A stretch of DNA of 64,000 bases from Paraspadella gotoi (taxonomy: Eukaryota > Animalia > Chaetognatha): positions 4,022,301-4,086,300 of the forward strand of contig CM119270.1 of NCBI GenBank assembly GCA_051294375.1, given 5' to 3'. The notes under the pieces are model-generated. The model saw nothing but the letters and a program-made list of their open reading frames with translations, did not search any database and had not been told where the DNA came from. The translations under genes were made by a program, and so were the position numbers. This document shows positions 26,578 through 39,014 of the stretch, one piece after another. The first letter of the stretch is position 1. Every line of letters begins with the position of its first letter.

Positions 26578-27918
26578 TAAGGCGGGCCAAAAATTGAAAC
26601 ACTTTTAATAACTTTTAATTCTCTCAAAAAAATTCCTTTTTTTCCTTCTCTTACTACATCGATTTTCAATGCGAACTTCATTGGGTAGATAAAGGCGTAG
26701 TAAAATTTCTAAATTTACTTTAATTAAAATTCTTAAAGTGAGGAACGAACAACATTATAGGTCTGAATGAAACGAGTTTATGTATAAAAAAAATTTATAA
26801 TAAATTTATAAACAATTTAAACGCAGCAGGCCATATTTATACTAGTACTAATCCAATAAATGTTAAATTCAAATACAGTTTTTTTTCTAAGATTTTTTTG
26901 CAGATTTGGATATCGTCATAAAAAAGTTGATATAAAGAATATAACTCTTTTAAAAAATTCCTTCATTAAGTGGGTCAAAAATTAAGAAAAAACTATATTT
27001 TAGCTAAATTACTTTTTATATATTAAATATATCTTATGTAATTTTTTAACCCACTAATGAATATTTATAAAAAAATTTATATTTTTCTTTATCAACTTTG
27101 ACGAGGAATTCCAAATCTGCAATCAAAATTAAGAAAGCCTATTGTTAAAAATTTTTCGATTTATGAAAGGATAGTACTATATATCAATAAAAGCCTACGC
27201 GAAACTCTAAAAAAAACACCATAAAATTAATTTTTTTTACAAATTCAATAGTTCACTTATGGTATGTTGTTCATAATGTTGAACCCTTGAATTTTTCGTA
27301 TCGTACACTTTGCACTACGCCTTATCTGGGGCTAGTATGCAACTGATAGCTGTTCCCTTAAAAAGCTTATTTTTATTAATATATGTACACACAAGCATCG
27401 ACAAATTTTTTTTTTTATCTAATTAAATGTTTATTTGGAAGGAGAAGAGATTCGCTACACGAGCTTGGAATAAGTTAAATAAAGTAATGTTAGTACTGGT
27501 GAGAGACATGCCGTATGATAGTTATAAATTTTGTAAAATTTTGACAAGAACACTATGGTTAACACTAGAAAACACCGTTAAAAAATACTCATGCAATCCA
27601 TGCATCCAATTGGCTGGAATTGCTTAATAGTTTTTTAAAATTTTATCAATAAAACAAAAAAAATTTTTAAAATTTTGTATTAATAACCTTTTATCTAACT
27701 TATTAAAGCTCTATCAGAATCCATTAAAAAAATTGAAAAAAAATTCAAAACCAAAATTTTTTACTTTATATAGTTAATAAATAATCTTAAATGCCTTCCC
27801 GGCGCATATTAATTAAGATAATTTGTTAAAATTATTTTTGATTTTCAATATCTCATAACAGTCACATTTATCAATTTTATTTTGAGATGAACTTCTAGTT
27901 TTCAAGTGTTCCGGCCTA
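26578..27918. mobile_element. Non-autonomous hAT-like DNA transposon (about 1.34 kb) with 8-bp TSD
   Basis: Absent from the other copy, where the empty site reads ATGTCCAC (21387-21394). Flanks here are ATGTC-AC and ATGTCCAT. Imperfect TIRs TA(A)GGCGGGCCAAAAATTGAAAC / GTTTTCAAGTGTTCCGGCCTA. TAGG..CCTA ends with an 8-bp TSD are typical of hAT. No transposase ORF. Confidence 0.75.
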
Positions 27919-29001
27919 ATGTCCATCTTGTACAACAAGACACAAAGACGACAACAACAACAACAAAGACAACACAACCACAATGAAAACACAACAGACA
28001 ACAACACCGCAAAGACGGACAAAACGACAACAACAACGGAAAAGACAACAACCACAACAGAAAAACGCAAAGTCAAGTCAACAACGACCACAAAGACGAC
28101 AACAACGAGCAAAGACGACAACAACAATAACAACAACAACGAAACAACACCAACAATCGAACAACGCCAGAGAGAGAGACGGTCATTTCCAGCGGTCGAC
28201 CGCATAAAAGAGAGGCCTTGCCATGTTTTGCCTTGTCGCCCGTCTTATACAATTAACAGTAGCTTAGCTTGGCCTTGATTCATAGGAATAAATGTTATGA
28301 AATATTAATAATAATGATAATATATAAAAAAGAGAAAAAAAAGTTTAGTCTCTAGTATGTTGTTTATTTTCTGGTCACATTTTTAGATCAATTTTTTGCT
28401 CTCTCTCTTTTCTATTAAAAATGTTTGACGGATCTATTCGTATTCACCGTATTCTGTTTACAAAAAGAAAAATATCTTTAACCTTGTAAAATTCTTCATA
28501 AACACGTCATTCGCCGATGTCGTCGTGGTCATCGTTCTTCGTCGTCGTCATTAATCGTCATCATCGTTGTCTGTCGTTTTCATAATATCATTATTATCAT
28601 CATCAATCATTATCGTCGTTCAGTTATCGTTGTCAATGGGTAATCTATCATCTCATCATCTCAATCATCATCATGCGTCGTCGTCGATATCGTATGTCAT
28701 GGTAATCATCATCATCCGTCATCATCATCATCTCGGTCGTTTCGTCCGTCATGGTAATATCTCATACATTGCAGTCATCATCATCATCATCATCATCATC
28801 ATCAAGCATCATCATCATCATCGTCGTCGTGCGTCATCTATAAGATCATCNNNNNNNNNNNNNNNNNNNNNNNNNTCTCATCATCTCATCATCGTCTCAT
28901 CATCATCGTCGTCGTCGATATCGTTGTCATGGCTAATTCATCATGCATTCCGTCAGTCATCATCATCGTCGGTCGTTTCGTCCGTCATGGTAATTCTCAT
29001 C

Positions 29002-29037
<36 letters not shown>

Positions 29038-29862
29038 TCACATCATTCCTCGATCGTCGTCGTCGTCATCTATAATCATCATCATCATTATATCATCATT
29101 CGTTCCCGCTTCCCTTTCGTCGCCCTTCACCCGAAGGCGTCCTCTAGTAAGGAAGCGGGTCAGGGACAGAGGCGAGTGTTTCGCCGCCGCGAGGGAATTA
29201 GCGTCTCTCGCGTTTGCGCCACGCCCACTTTCGCGTTGGCCCACGCCCATTTTGCGGGTTCAGGAATTAAGAAGGTCGGCAATTGCGGCCAATTTTTTTT
29301 TCTCCTCGGTCGATTAAACAACGAATTTTCGCACTGTCAATCGAGTGAGAGATGGAGAATCAAAGAGAGTGATTTAATCACGACAGACTGACTGAATGGT
29401 GTCTGTCTGTCTGTCTCTATGATATTATATTAAAGTAAAATAAGTTAAGAAGAATATTCGTTATAAAAGAGTACCCGAGGTACCTATTAAAATATAACAT
29501 TTTTTTTCAACCATTGAATGAGAAATATTTCCAGGGAGGAATTTTTCAATCTTCGTTGACGATCTTGTTGTAAGTGAAAGAGAACGATTGATTGATTGAT
29601 TGATTGAGAACGCTGGAAAAGCGTTCTTTTGTATTTGTATTTGTTTTTGGTTTTTTTTTTCGTTATGTACCTTTAGCCACAGCTTTTCAATTCCTATTCT
29701 TTAACTCAAAAACGAATGATATCATTCAGCCCAAAGTTAGTCTATTCGGTTCTAGTTTTTCACGGACTTAAAAAAAAAGAAAAAGAAAAAAAAAAGAATG
29801 TTGTTTTGTCGCAACTTTCAAAGGAAAGGAAAAACAAAGAAAGGGTCAAAAGGTCAACAGAA

Positions 29863-32800
29863 GAGGTCGGACAAGGTCGGTTAAAACGCAGAGTTCGGAA
29901 GAGTCTCGCAGAGGTCGGTGAAAGAACGGCAGAAGTTCGGAGAGGTTCGGCAGAGGTCAGGTGAAAGACGGCAAGAGTTTCGGAAGAGGTCGCAGAGGGT
30001 CGTTGGAAAGACGGCAGAGTTTCGGAAGAGGTCGCAGAGCTGCGCGTGAAAGACCGGCCAGAGTTGCGGAAGAAGGTCGGCAGAGGTCGGTGAAAGACGG
30101 TCCCGAGTTCGGAAGAGGTCGGCAGACGGTCGGTGAAAGACGGCAGAGTGGAATAGAGGTCGGCTGTGGTCGGTGAAGACGGCAGGATTCGGAAGAGGTC
30201 GGCACGAGGTCGGTGAAAGACGGGCAAGAGTTCGAAGAGTCGGCAGAGGTTCGTTGAAAGACGGCAGAGTTCGGAAGAGGTCGGCAGAGGTCGGTGGATA
30301 AACGGGCAGGAGTTCGAAGAGGTCGGCTGTGGTCGCGTGAAAGACGCGCAGATTCGGAAGAGGTCGGCAAGAGGTCGGTGAAACGGCAGAGTTCGGAAAA
30401 AGGTCGGCAGAGGGTCGGTGTGAAAGACGGCCAGAGTTCGGGAGAGGTCGGCTGTGGCGTCGGTGATGAAAGACGGCCAGAGTTCGGAAGAGGGTCGCAG
30501 AGTCGGTGAAAGACGCAGAGTTCGTGGGACGAGTCGGCTGTTGGTCGGTGAAAGACGGCCAGAAGTTCGGGGAAGAGGTCGGCTGTGGTCGGTGAAAGGG
30601 ACGGCAGAGTTCGAAGAGGTCGGCAGAGGTCGGTGAAAGACGGCAGAGTTCGGAAGAGGTGGCTGTGGTCGGGTGAAAGACGGCGAGTTCGGAAGAGGTC
30701 GGCGCAGAGGTCGGTGAAAGACGCAGAGTTCGAAGAGGTCGGCTGTGCGTCGGTAGAAAGACGGCAGAGTTCGGGAAGAGGTCGGCAGAGGTCGGTGAAA
30801 AGACGCAGAGTTCGGCAAGAGTCGGCAGAGGTCGGTGAAAGACGGCCAGAGTTCGGAAGAGGTCGGCAGAGGTCGGTGAAGACGCAGAGTTCGGGAGAGG
30901 TCGGCAAGAGGTCGGTTGAAAAGACGGCAGAGTTTCGGAAGAGGTCGGCTGTGGTCGGTGAAAGACGGGCCCAGAGTTCGAGAAGGAGGTCGCTGTGGTC
31001 GGTGAAAGACAGCAAGTCGGAAGAGACATGGTCGGCAGAGGTCGGTGAAAGACGGCAAGAGTTCGGAAGAGGTCGGCAGAGGTCGGTGAATAGACGGCAG
31101 AAGTTCGGAAGAGGTCGGCAGAGGTCGGTGAAAGACGGCAGAGTTCCGGAAGAGGTCGGCTGTGGGTCGGGCAAAGACGGCAGAGTTCGGAAGAGGTTGC
31201 AGAGTCGGTGAAAGACGGCCAGAGTTCGGAAGAGGGTCGGCAGAGGTCGGTGAAAGACGGCAGAAGTTCGGAAGAGGTCGGCAGAGGTCGGCTGAAAGAC
31301 GGCAGAGTTCGGGAGAGGTCGGCCAGAGGTCGGTGAAAGACGGCAGAGGTTCGGGAGAAGGTCGGCTGTGGTCCGGTGTGAAAGACGGCAGGTTCGGGAA
31401 GAAGGTCGGGGCTGTGGGTCGGTGAAGACGCAGAGTTCGGAGAGGTCGGCAGAGGTCGGTTGAAAGACGGCAGAGTTCGGAATGGAGGTCGGCTGTGGTC
31501 GGTGAAAGACGCAGAGTTCGGAAGACGGTCGGCAGAGGTCGGTGGAAAGAGGCAGAGTTCGGAAGAGGTCGGCAGAGTTCGGTGAAAGACGCAGCAGTTT
31601 TCGGGAGAGTCGCTGTGTCGGGTGAAAGGACTGGCTGAGTTTTCGGAAGAGGTCGCGCAGAGGGTCGTTGTGAAAACGGCCAGAGTTCGGAAGAGGGTCG
31701 GCAAGGTCGGTGAAAGACGGCATAGAGTTCGAAGAGTCGGCTGTGGTCGGTGAAAGACGGCAGAGTTCGAATGAGGTCGGCAGAGGTCGGTGAAAGACGG
31801 CCAGAGTTCGGAAAGGTCGGAGAGGGTCGGTTGAAAGACGGCCAGAGTTCGGGATGAGGTCGGCAGAGGTCGGTGAAAGACGGCAGAGTTCGGGAAGAGG
31901 TACGGCTGTGGTCGGTGAAAGACGCCAGAGTTCGAAGAGTCGGCAGAGGTCGGTGAAAGACGGCAGAGTTCGGAACGAGGTCGGCTGTGGTCGGTGAAGA
32001 CGGCAGAGTTCGGAAGAGTCGGCTGTTGGTCCGGTGAAAGACGGCAGACGTTCGGAAGAGGTCGGGCTGGGTCGGTGAAAAGACGGCAGAGTTCGGAAGA
32101 GGTCGGCAGAGGTCTCGTGAAAGAACGGCCAAGTTCTGGGAGAGGTCGGCAGAGGTCGGTGAAAGACGCAGGTTCGAAGAGGTCGGCTGTGGTCGGTGAA
32201 AGACGGCAGAGTTCGAGAGGTCGGCCAGAGGTCGGTGAAAGACGGCAGAGTTCGGAAGAGGTCGCAGAGGTCGGTGAAAGACGGTCAGAGTTCGGAAGAG
32301 GTCGGCTGTGGTCGGTGAAAAAGACGCAGGTTCGGAACGAGGTCGGCAGAAGGTCGGTGAAAGACGGCAGCAGTTCGGAAGAGTCGGCAGAGCGTCGGTG
32401 GAAAGACGCCAGAGTTCGGAAGAGGTCGGCAGGAGGTCGGTGAAAGACGGCAGAGTTCGGAAGAGGTCGGCAGAGGTCGGTGAAAACGGCAGAGTTCGGA
32501 AGAGGTTCGGCAGAGGTCGTGAAAGACGGCAGAGTTCGGAAGACGGTCGGCTGTGGTCGGTGAAGAACGCAGAGTTCGAAGAGGTCGGCAGAGAGGTCGG
32601 GTGAAAGACGCAGAGTTCGGAAGAGGTTCGGCACAGAGGTCGGTGAAAGACGCAGAGTTCGGAAGGAGGTCGGCGAGGTCGGTGAAGACGGCAGAGTTCG
32701 GGAGAGGTCGGCAGAGGTTCGGTGAAAGACGGCAGAGTTCGAGAGGTCGGCAGAGGTCGGTGAAAAGACGGCAGAGTTCGGAAGAGGTCGGCTGTGGTCG

Positions 32801-35800
32801 GTTGAAAGACGGCAGAGTTCGGAAGAGTGTCGGCAGAGTTCGGTGAAAGACGGCAGTAGTTCGGAAGAGGTTCGGCTTGTGCGTCGGTGAAAGGACGGCA
32901 GAGTTCGGAAGTGAAGGTCGGCAGGAGAGTCGGATGAAAGACGGCAGAGTTCGGAAGAGGTCGGCTGTGGTCGGTTGAAAGACGGCAGAGTTCGGAAAGA
33001 GGTCGGCAGAGGCGTGAAAGACGCAGAGTTCGGAAGAGTCGGCTGTGGTCGGTGAAAGACGCAGGTTCGGGAAGAGGTCGGCAGAGGTCGCGTGGAAAGA
33101 CGGGCAGACGTTCGGGAAGAGGTCGGCAGAGTCGGTGAAAAGACGGCAGAGTTCGGAAGGAGGTCGGCAGAGGTTCGGTGAAAGACGCAGAGTTCGGAAG
33201 AGGTCGGCAGAGGTCGGTGAAAGACGGCAAGTTCGAAGAGGTCGGCAGAGGGTCGGTGAAAGACGGCAGAATGTTCGAAGAGGTCGGCAGAGGGTCGGTT
33301 TGAAAGACGGCCCAGAGTTCGAATAGACGGGTCGGCAGAGGTCGGTGAAAGACGGCAGGAGTTCGGAAAGAGGTCGGCTGTGTCGGTGATAAGACGGCCA
33401 GAGTTCGGAAGAGGTCGGCAGAGGTCGGTGAAAGACGGCAGAGTTCGGAAGAGGTCGGCATGAGCGGTTTTGAAAGGACGGCAGAGTTCGGAAGAGGTCG
33501 GCAGAGGTCGTGGTGATTGAAAGACGTCAGAGTTCGAAGAGGTCGGAGAGGTCGGTGAAAGACGGCAGAGTTCGGAAGAGGTCGGCATAGGTCGCGTTGT
33601 GAAAGACGGCAGAGTTCGGAAGAGGTCGGCAGAGGTCGGTTTGAAAGACGGGAGGAGTTCGGAAGAGGTCGGCTGTGGTCCGGTGAAGACGCGCCAGAGT
33701 TCGGAAGAGGTCGGCAGAGGTCGGTGAAAGACTGCAGAGTTCGGAAGAGGTCGGCAGAGGGCGCTGTGAAAGACGGCAGAGTCGGAAGAGGTCGGCAGAG
33801 GTCGGTGAAAGACGGCAGAGTTCGGAGAGTTCGGCAGAGGTCGGTGAAAAGCGGCAGAGTTCGGAAGAGGTCGGCAGAGGTCAGGCTGGAAGATCGGCAG
33901 AGTTCGGTAAGAGGTCGGCACGAGGTCGGTTGAAAGACGGCAGAGTTCGGAAGAGGTCGGCTGTGGTCGGTGAAAGACACGGCAGAGTTCGGAAGAGGGT
34001 CGGCAGAGGTCGGTGAAAGACGGCAGAGTTCGGAAGAGGTCGGCAGAGGTCGGTGTAAGCGGCAGAGTTCGAAGAGGTCTGCAGAGGGTCGGTAAAAGAC
34101 GGCAGAGAGTTCGAAGGAGGTCGGGCAGAGGGCTCGTGAAAGACGGCAGAGTTCGGAAGAGTCGGCTTGTGGTCGGTTGAAAGACGGCAGAGTTCGGAAG
34201 AGGTCGGCAGAGGCGGTGAAGACGGGCAGAGTTCGGAAGAGGTCGGCAGAGGTCGGTGAAGACGGCAGAGTTCGGAAGAGGTCGGCTGTGGTCGGTGATG
34301 AAAGACGCAGAGTTCGGAAGAGGTCGCAGAGGTCGGTGTGAGAACGCAGAGTTCGGAAGAGGTCGGCAGAGGTCGGTGCAAGACGGCTGAGTTCGGAAAG
34401 GTCGGCACGAGGCGGTTGAAAGACGGCAGAGTTCGGAAGGGTCGGCAGAGGTCGGTGTGAAAGACGGGCAGAGTTCGGAAGAAGGTCGGGAGGTCGGTGA
34501 TTGAAGGACGGCAGAAGTTCGGAAGAGGGTCGGCTTGTGCGTCGGTGAAAGACGGCAGAGTTCGGAAAGGGTCGGCAGAGGTCGGTGAAAGACGGCAGAG
34601 TTCGGAAGAGGTCGGCAGAGGTCGGTGAAAGACGGCATAGTTCGGGAAGGAGGTCGCAGAGGTCCGGTGAAAGACGGCAGAGTTCGGAAGAGGTCGCGAG
34701 GTCGGTGAAAGACGGCAGAGTATCGGAAGAGGTCGGCAGAGGGTCGCGTGAAAGACGGCAGAGTTGGAAGAGGTCCGGCACAGGTCGGTTGAAAGACGGC
34801 GAGTTCGGAGAGGGTCGGCAAGAGTGTCGGGTGAAAGACGGCCAGAGTTGGAAGAGTCGGCAGAGGGTCGCGTGAAAGACGGCCAGAGTCGGAGAGGTCG
34901 CAGAGGTCGACGTGAAAGACGGCAGAGTTCGAAGAGGTCTGGCAGAGGTCGGTGAAAGACGGCAGAGTTCGGAAGAAGGTCGGCAGAGGTCGGTGTGGAA
35001 AGACGGCAGGAGTCGGAAGAGGTCTGGCATAGAGGTCGGTGAAGACGGCCAGAGTTCGGAAGAGGTCGGCTGTGGTCGGTGAAAGACGGACAGAGTTTCG
35101 GAAAGAGTGGCAGAGGTCGGTAAAGACGGCAGAGTTCGGGAGAGGTCGAGAAGGTGGCAGAGGTCGGTAAAGACGGCAGAGTTTCGGAAGAGGTCGAGAG
35201 GTCGGTGAAAGACGGCCAGAGTTCGGGAGAGGTCGGCAGAGGTCGGTGAAAGGACGGCAGAGTTCGGAAGAGGTCGCAGAGGTCGGTGAAGCGGCAGATT
35301 CGGAAGAGGTCGGCAGAGGTCGGTGAGAAAGACGGGCAGAGTTCGGAAGAGGGTCGGCAGAGGCGTGGTGAAAAGACGCAGAGTTCGAAGAGGTCGGCAG
35401 ACGGTCGGTGATTGAAGACGGGCAGAGTTCGGAAGAGGTCGGCAGAGGGTCGGGTTTGAAGACGGCCAGAGTTCGAAGAGTCGGCAAGGTGCGTGAAAAG
35501 ACGGCAGAGTTCGGGAGAGGTCGGCAGAGGTCGGTGAAAGCGGGCAGAGTTCGGGAGAGGTCGGCAGAGGTCGGTGAAAGACGGCAGGAGTCGAGAGGTT
35601 CGGCAGAGGTCGGTGAAAGACCGCAGAGTTCGGGAGAGGTCGGCAGAGGCGTGTGAAAAGACGCAGAGTTCGGAAGAGGTCGGCTGTGGTCGGTGTAAGA
35701 CGGCAGAGTTCGGAATGAGGTCGGCAGAGGTCGTGGAAAGACGGGCAGAGGTTCGGAAGAGGTCGGCAGCAGAAGGTCGGTGAAAGACGCAGAGGTTCGG

Positions 35801-38220
35801 AAGAGAGGGTCGGCAGAGGTCGGTGAAGACGGCAGAGTTCGGGAGAGGTCGGGCTGTTGGTCGGTGTGAAAGACGGCAGAGTTCGGTAACGAGGTCGGCA
35901 GAGGTCGGTTGAAAGACGGAGAGTTCGGAAGAGGTCGGCAGAGTCGTCGGTGAAAGACGGCAGAGTTCGGGAGAGGTCGGCAGAGGTCGGTGAAAGACTG
36001 CAGAGTTCGAAGATCGGGATGGTCGGATGAAAGGACGGCAGAGTTCGTAAAGAGGTCGGCAGAGGTCGGTTGAAAGAGAGCAGAGGTTCGGAAATGAGGT
36101 CGGCTGTGGTCGGTGAAAACGGCCAGAGTTTCGGAAGAGGTTCGCAGAGGTCGGCTTGAAAGACGGCAGAGTTCGGAAGAGGTCGGCAGGAGGTCGGTGA
36201 AAGACGCAGAGTTTCGGGAGAGGTCGGCAGAGGTCGGTGAAGACGGCAGAGTTTCGGAAGAGGTCGGCAGAGGTCGGTGAAAGACGGCAGAGTTCGGAAG
36301 AGGTCGGACAGAGGTCGGGTGAAAGACGCCAGAGTTCGGAAGGAGGTCGGCAGAGGTCGGTGAAAGACGGCAGAGTTCGGAAGAGGTCGGCACAGAGGTC
36401 GGTGAAAGACGGCAGAGTTCGGAAGAGGTCGGCAGAGGGTCGGTGTGAAAGACGCAGAGTTCGGGAAGAGGTCGGCATGAGGTCGGTGAAGAGCAGAGTT
36501 CGTGAAGAGGTCGGCAGAGGGTCGGTGTGAAGACGGCAGAGTTCGGAAGAGGTCTGGCAGAGGTCGGTGAAAGACGGCAGAGTATCGGGAGGAGGTCGGC
36601 AGAGGTCGGTTGAAAGACGGCAGAGTTCGGGAGAGGTCGCCAGAGGTCGGTGAAAAGACGGCAGATGTTCGGAAGAGGTCGGCAGAGGTCGGTGAAAGGA
36701 CGGGCAGAGTTCGGGAGAGGTCGGCAGAGGTCGGGTGAAATACGGCAGAGTTCGGAGGAGGTCGCTGTGGTCGGTGAAAGACGGCAGAGTTCGGAAGAGG
36801 TCGGCAGATCGGTGAAAGGACGCAGAGTTCGGAAAAGAGGTCGGCAGAGGTCGGTGAAAGCGGCAGAGTTCGGAAGAGGTCGGCAGAGGTCGGTGAAAGA
36901 CGGCAGAGTTCGGAAGAGTCGGCTGTGGGTCGGTGAAAAAAGGACGCAGAGTTCGGAAGAGGTCGGCAGGAGGTCGCTGAAAGACGGCAGAGTTCGGAAG
37001 AGGTCGCGAGGTCGGTGAAAAGACGGCAGAGTTTCGGGAGAGGTCGGGCAGAGGTTCGCGTGAAGACGGCAGGTTCGCGAAGAGGTCGCAGAGGTCGGTG
37101 CAAAAGACGCAGATTCGGAAAAGGGAGGTCGGCAGAGGTCGGTGGAAAGACGGCAGAAGTTCGGAAGAGGTCGGCTGTTATGGTCGGTGAAGACGGCAGA
37201 GTTCGGAAAGAGGTCGGCAGAGGTCGTGAGAAGGACGGCAGAGTTCGGAGAGGTCGGCAGAGGTCGGGTGAAAGGACGGCAGAGTTCGGGAGAGAGGTCG
37301 GCAGAGGTCCGGTGAAGACGCAGAGTTGGAAGAGTTCGGCAAGTCGTGAATGAAAGACGGCAGAGGTTCGGAAGAGGTCGGCCCAGAGGTCGGTGAAAAG
37401 ACGGCAGAGTTCGGGGAGAGGTCGGCAGGGTCGGTGAAAAGACGCAGAGTTCGGAAGAGGGTCGGCAGAGGTCGGTGAAAGACGCAGAGTTCGGAAGAGC
37501 GTCGCAGAGGTCGGGAAAGACGGCAGAGTTCGGAAGAGGTCGGCACGAGGTCGGTGAAAGACGGCAGAGTTCGGGAGAGGGTCGGCAGAGGTCGGTGAAA
37601 GACGGGCCAGAGTTCGGAGAGGTCGGCGAAGGTCGGTGAAAGATGGCAGAGTTTCGGAAGAGGTCGGCAGAGGTCGTGAAAGACCGGCAGAGTTCGGACA
37701 GGTCCGGCAGAGGTCGGTGAAAGACGCGAGTTCGGAAGGTCGGCTGTGGTCGGTTGGAAAGACGGCCAGAGTCGGAAGAGGTCGGCAGAGGTCGGTGAAA
37801 AGCACGGCAGAGTTCGGAAGAGGTCGTCAGAGGTCGAGTTGAAAGACGGCCAGAGTTCGGAAAGGTCGGCCCAGAGCGTTCGGTGAAAGACGCCAGAGTT
37901 CGGAAAAGAGGTCGGCTGTGGTCGGTGAAAGACGGCAGAGTTCGGAAAGGTTTCGGCAGAGGTGAGTGAAGACGGCAGAGTTCGGAAGAGGTGGCAGAGT
38001 TCGGTAAAGACGGGCAGAGTTCGGGAATAGAGGTCTGGCAGAGGTCGGTGAAAGACGGCAGAGTTCGGAAAGAGGTCGAGAGGTCGGTGAAAGACGGCAG
38101 AGTTCGGAAGAGGTCGGCAGAGGTCGGTGAAGACGGGCATAGGTTCGGAAGAGGTCGGCTGTGGTCGGTGAAGACGGCAGAGTTCGGAGAGGTCGGCAGG
38201 GTCGGTGAAAAGACGGCAGA
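29863..38220. repeat. 40-bp satellite array, copy 1 (about 200 units)
   Basis: Consensus GAGGTCGGCA GAGGTCGGTG AAAGACGGCA GAGTTCGGAA, with a recurring variant GAGGTCGGCT GTGGTCGGTG. Confidence 0.97.
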
Positions 38221-38354
38221 ATCTCTCTCTTTTTATCATCATTATCATCATCATCGTTCCCCTTCCCTTTCGTCCGCCTTCACCGAAGCGTCCTCTAGTA
38301 AGGAAAGCGGGTCAGGGACACGAGGCGAGTTCGCCGCGCGAGGATTAGCGTCTC

Positions 38355-38393
38355 TCGCGTTGGCCACGCCCACTTTCGCGTTGGCCACGCCCA
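38355..38393 (+). promoter_or_regulatory. Tandem pair of TCGCGTTGGCCACGCCCA motifs (KLF/Sp-like CCACGCCC boxes) in a GC-rich island; noisy copy at about 29208-29250
   Basis: Two 18-bp direct repeats 21 bp apart; regulatory function is inferred from motif resemblance only. Confidence 0.3.
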
Positions 38394-39014
38394 TTTTCGG
38401 GTCAGGATTAAGAAGGTCGGCAAATGCGGCCACATTTTTTTTTCTCCTCGGTCGATAAACACGAATTTTCGCATCAATGAGTGAGAGAGAGAATCAAGAG
38501 AGTGATTTAATCACGACAGACGTGACTTAATTGGTCTGTCTGTCTGTCTGTCCTTAGATATTATATTAAGTAAAATAAGTTAAGAAATTCGTTATAGAAA
38601 AAGGTACCCGGGTACTTTAAAATATACATTTTTTTTCAACATTGAATGAGAAATATTTCCAGGGAGGAATTTTCAATCTCGTTGACGATCTTGTGTAAGT
38701 GAAAGAGAACGATTGATTGATTGATTGATTGAGCGCTGGAAAGCGTCTTTGTATTTGTATTTGTTTTTGGTTTTTTTTTTTCGTTATGTACCTTTAGCCA
38801 CACTTTTCAATTCCCTATCTTTAACTCAAAAACGAATGATAGTCATTCAAGGCCAAAGTTAGTCTATTCGTTCTAGTTTTTCCACGAGACTNNNNNNNNN
38901 NNNNNNNNNNNNNNNNACGTGACTTAAAAAAAAAGAAAAGAAAAAAGAAAGAATGTTGTTTGTCGAACTTTCAAAGGAAAGGAAAAACAAAGAAAGAGTC
39001 AAAAGGTCAACAGA

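Larger units (their letters stand above)
22186..28850 (+). other. Noisy duplicate (probably alternative haplotype) of about 17046-22100
   Basis: Colinear similarity with indel noise. It differs structurally by a 1.3-kb insertion (26578-27918) and a shorter ACCGACAG/GACC repeat (about 23700 versus 18450-18520). Confidence 0.85.
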
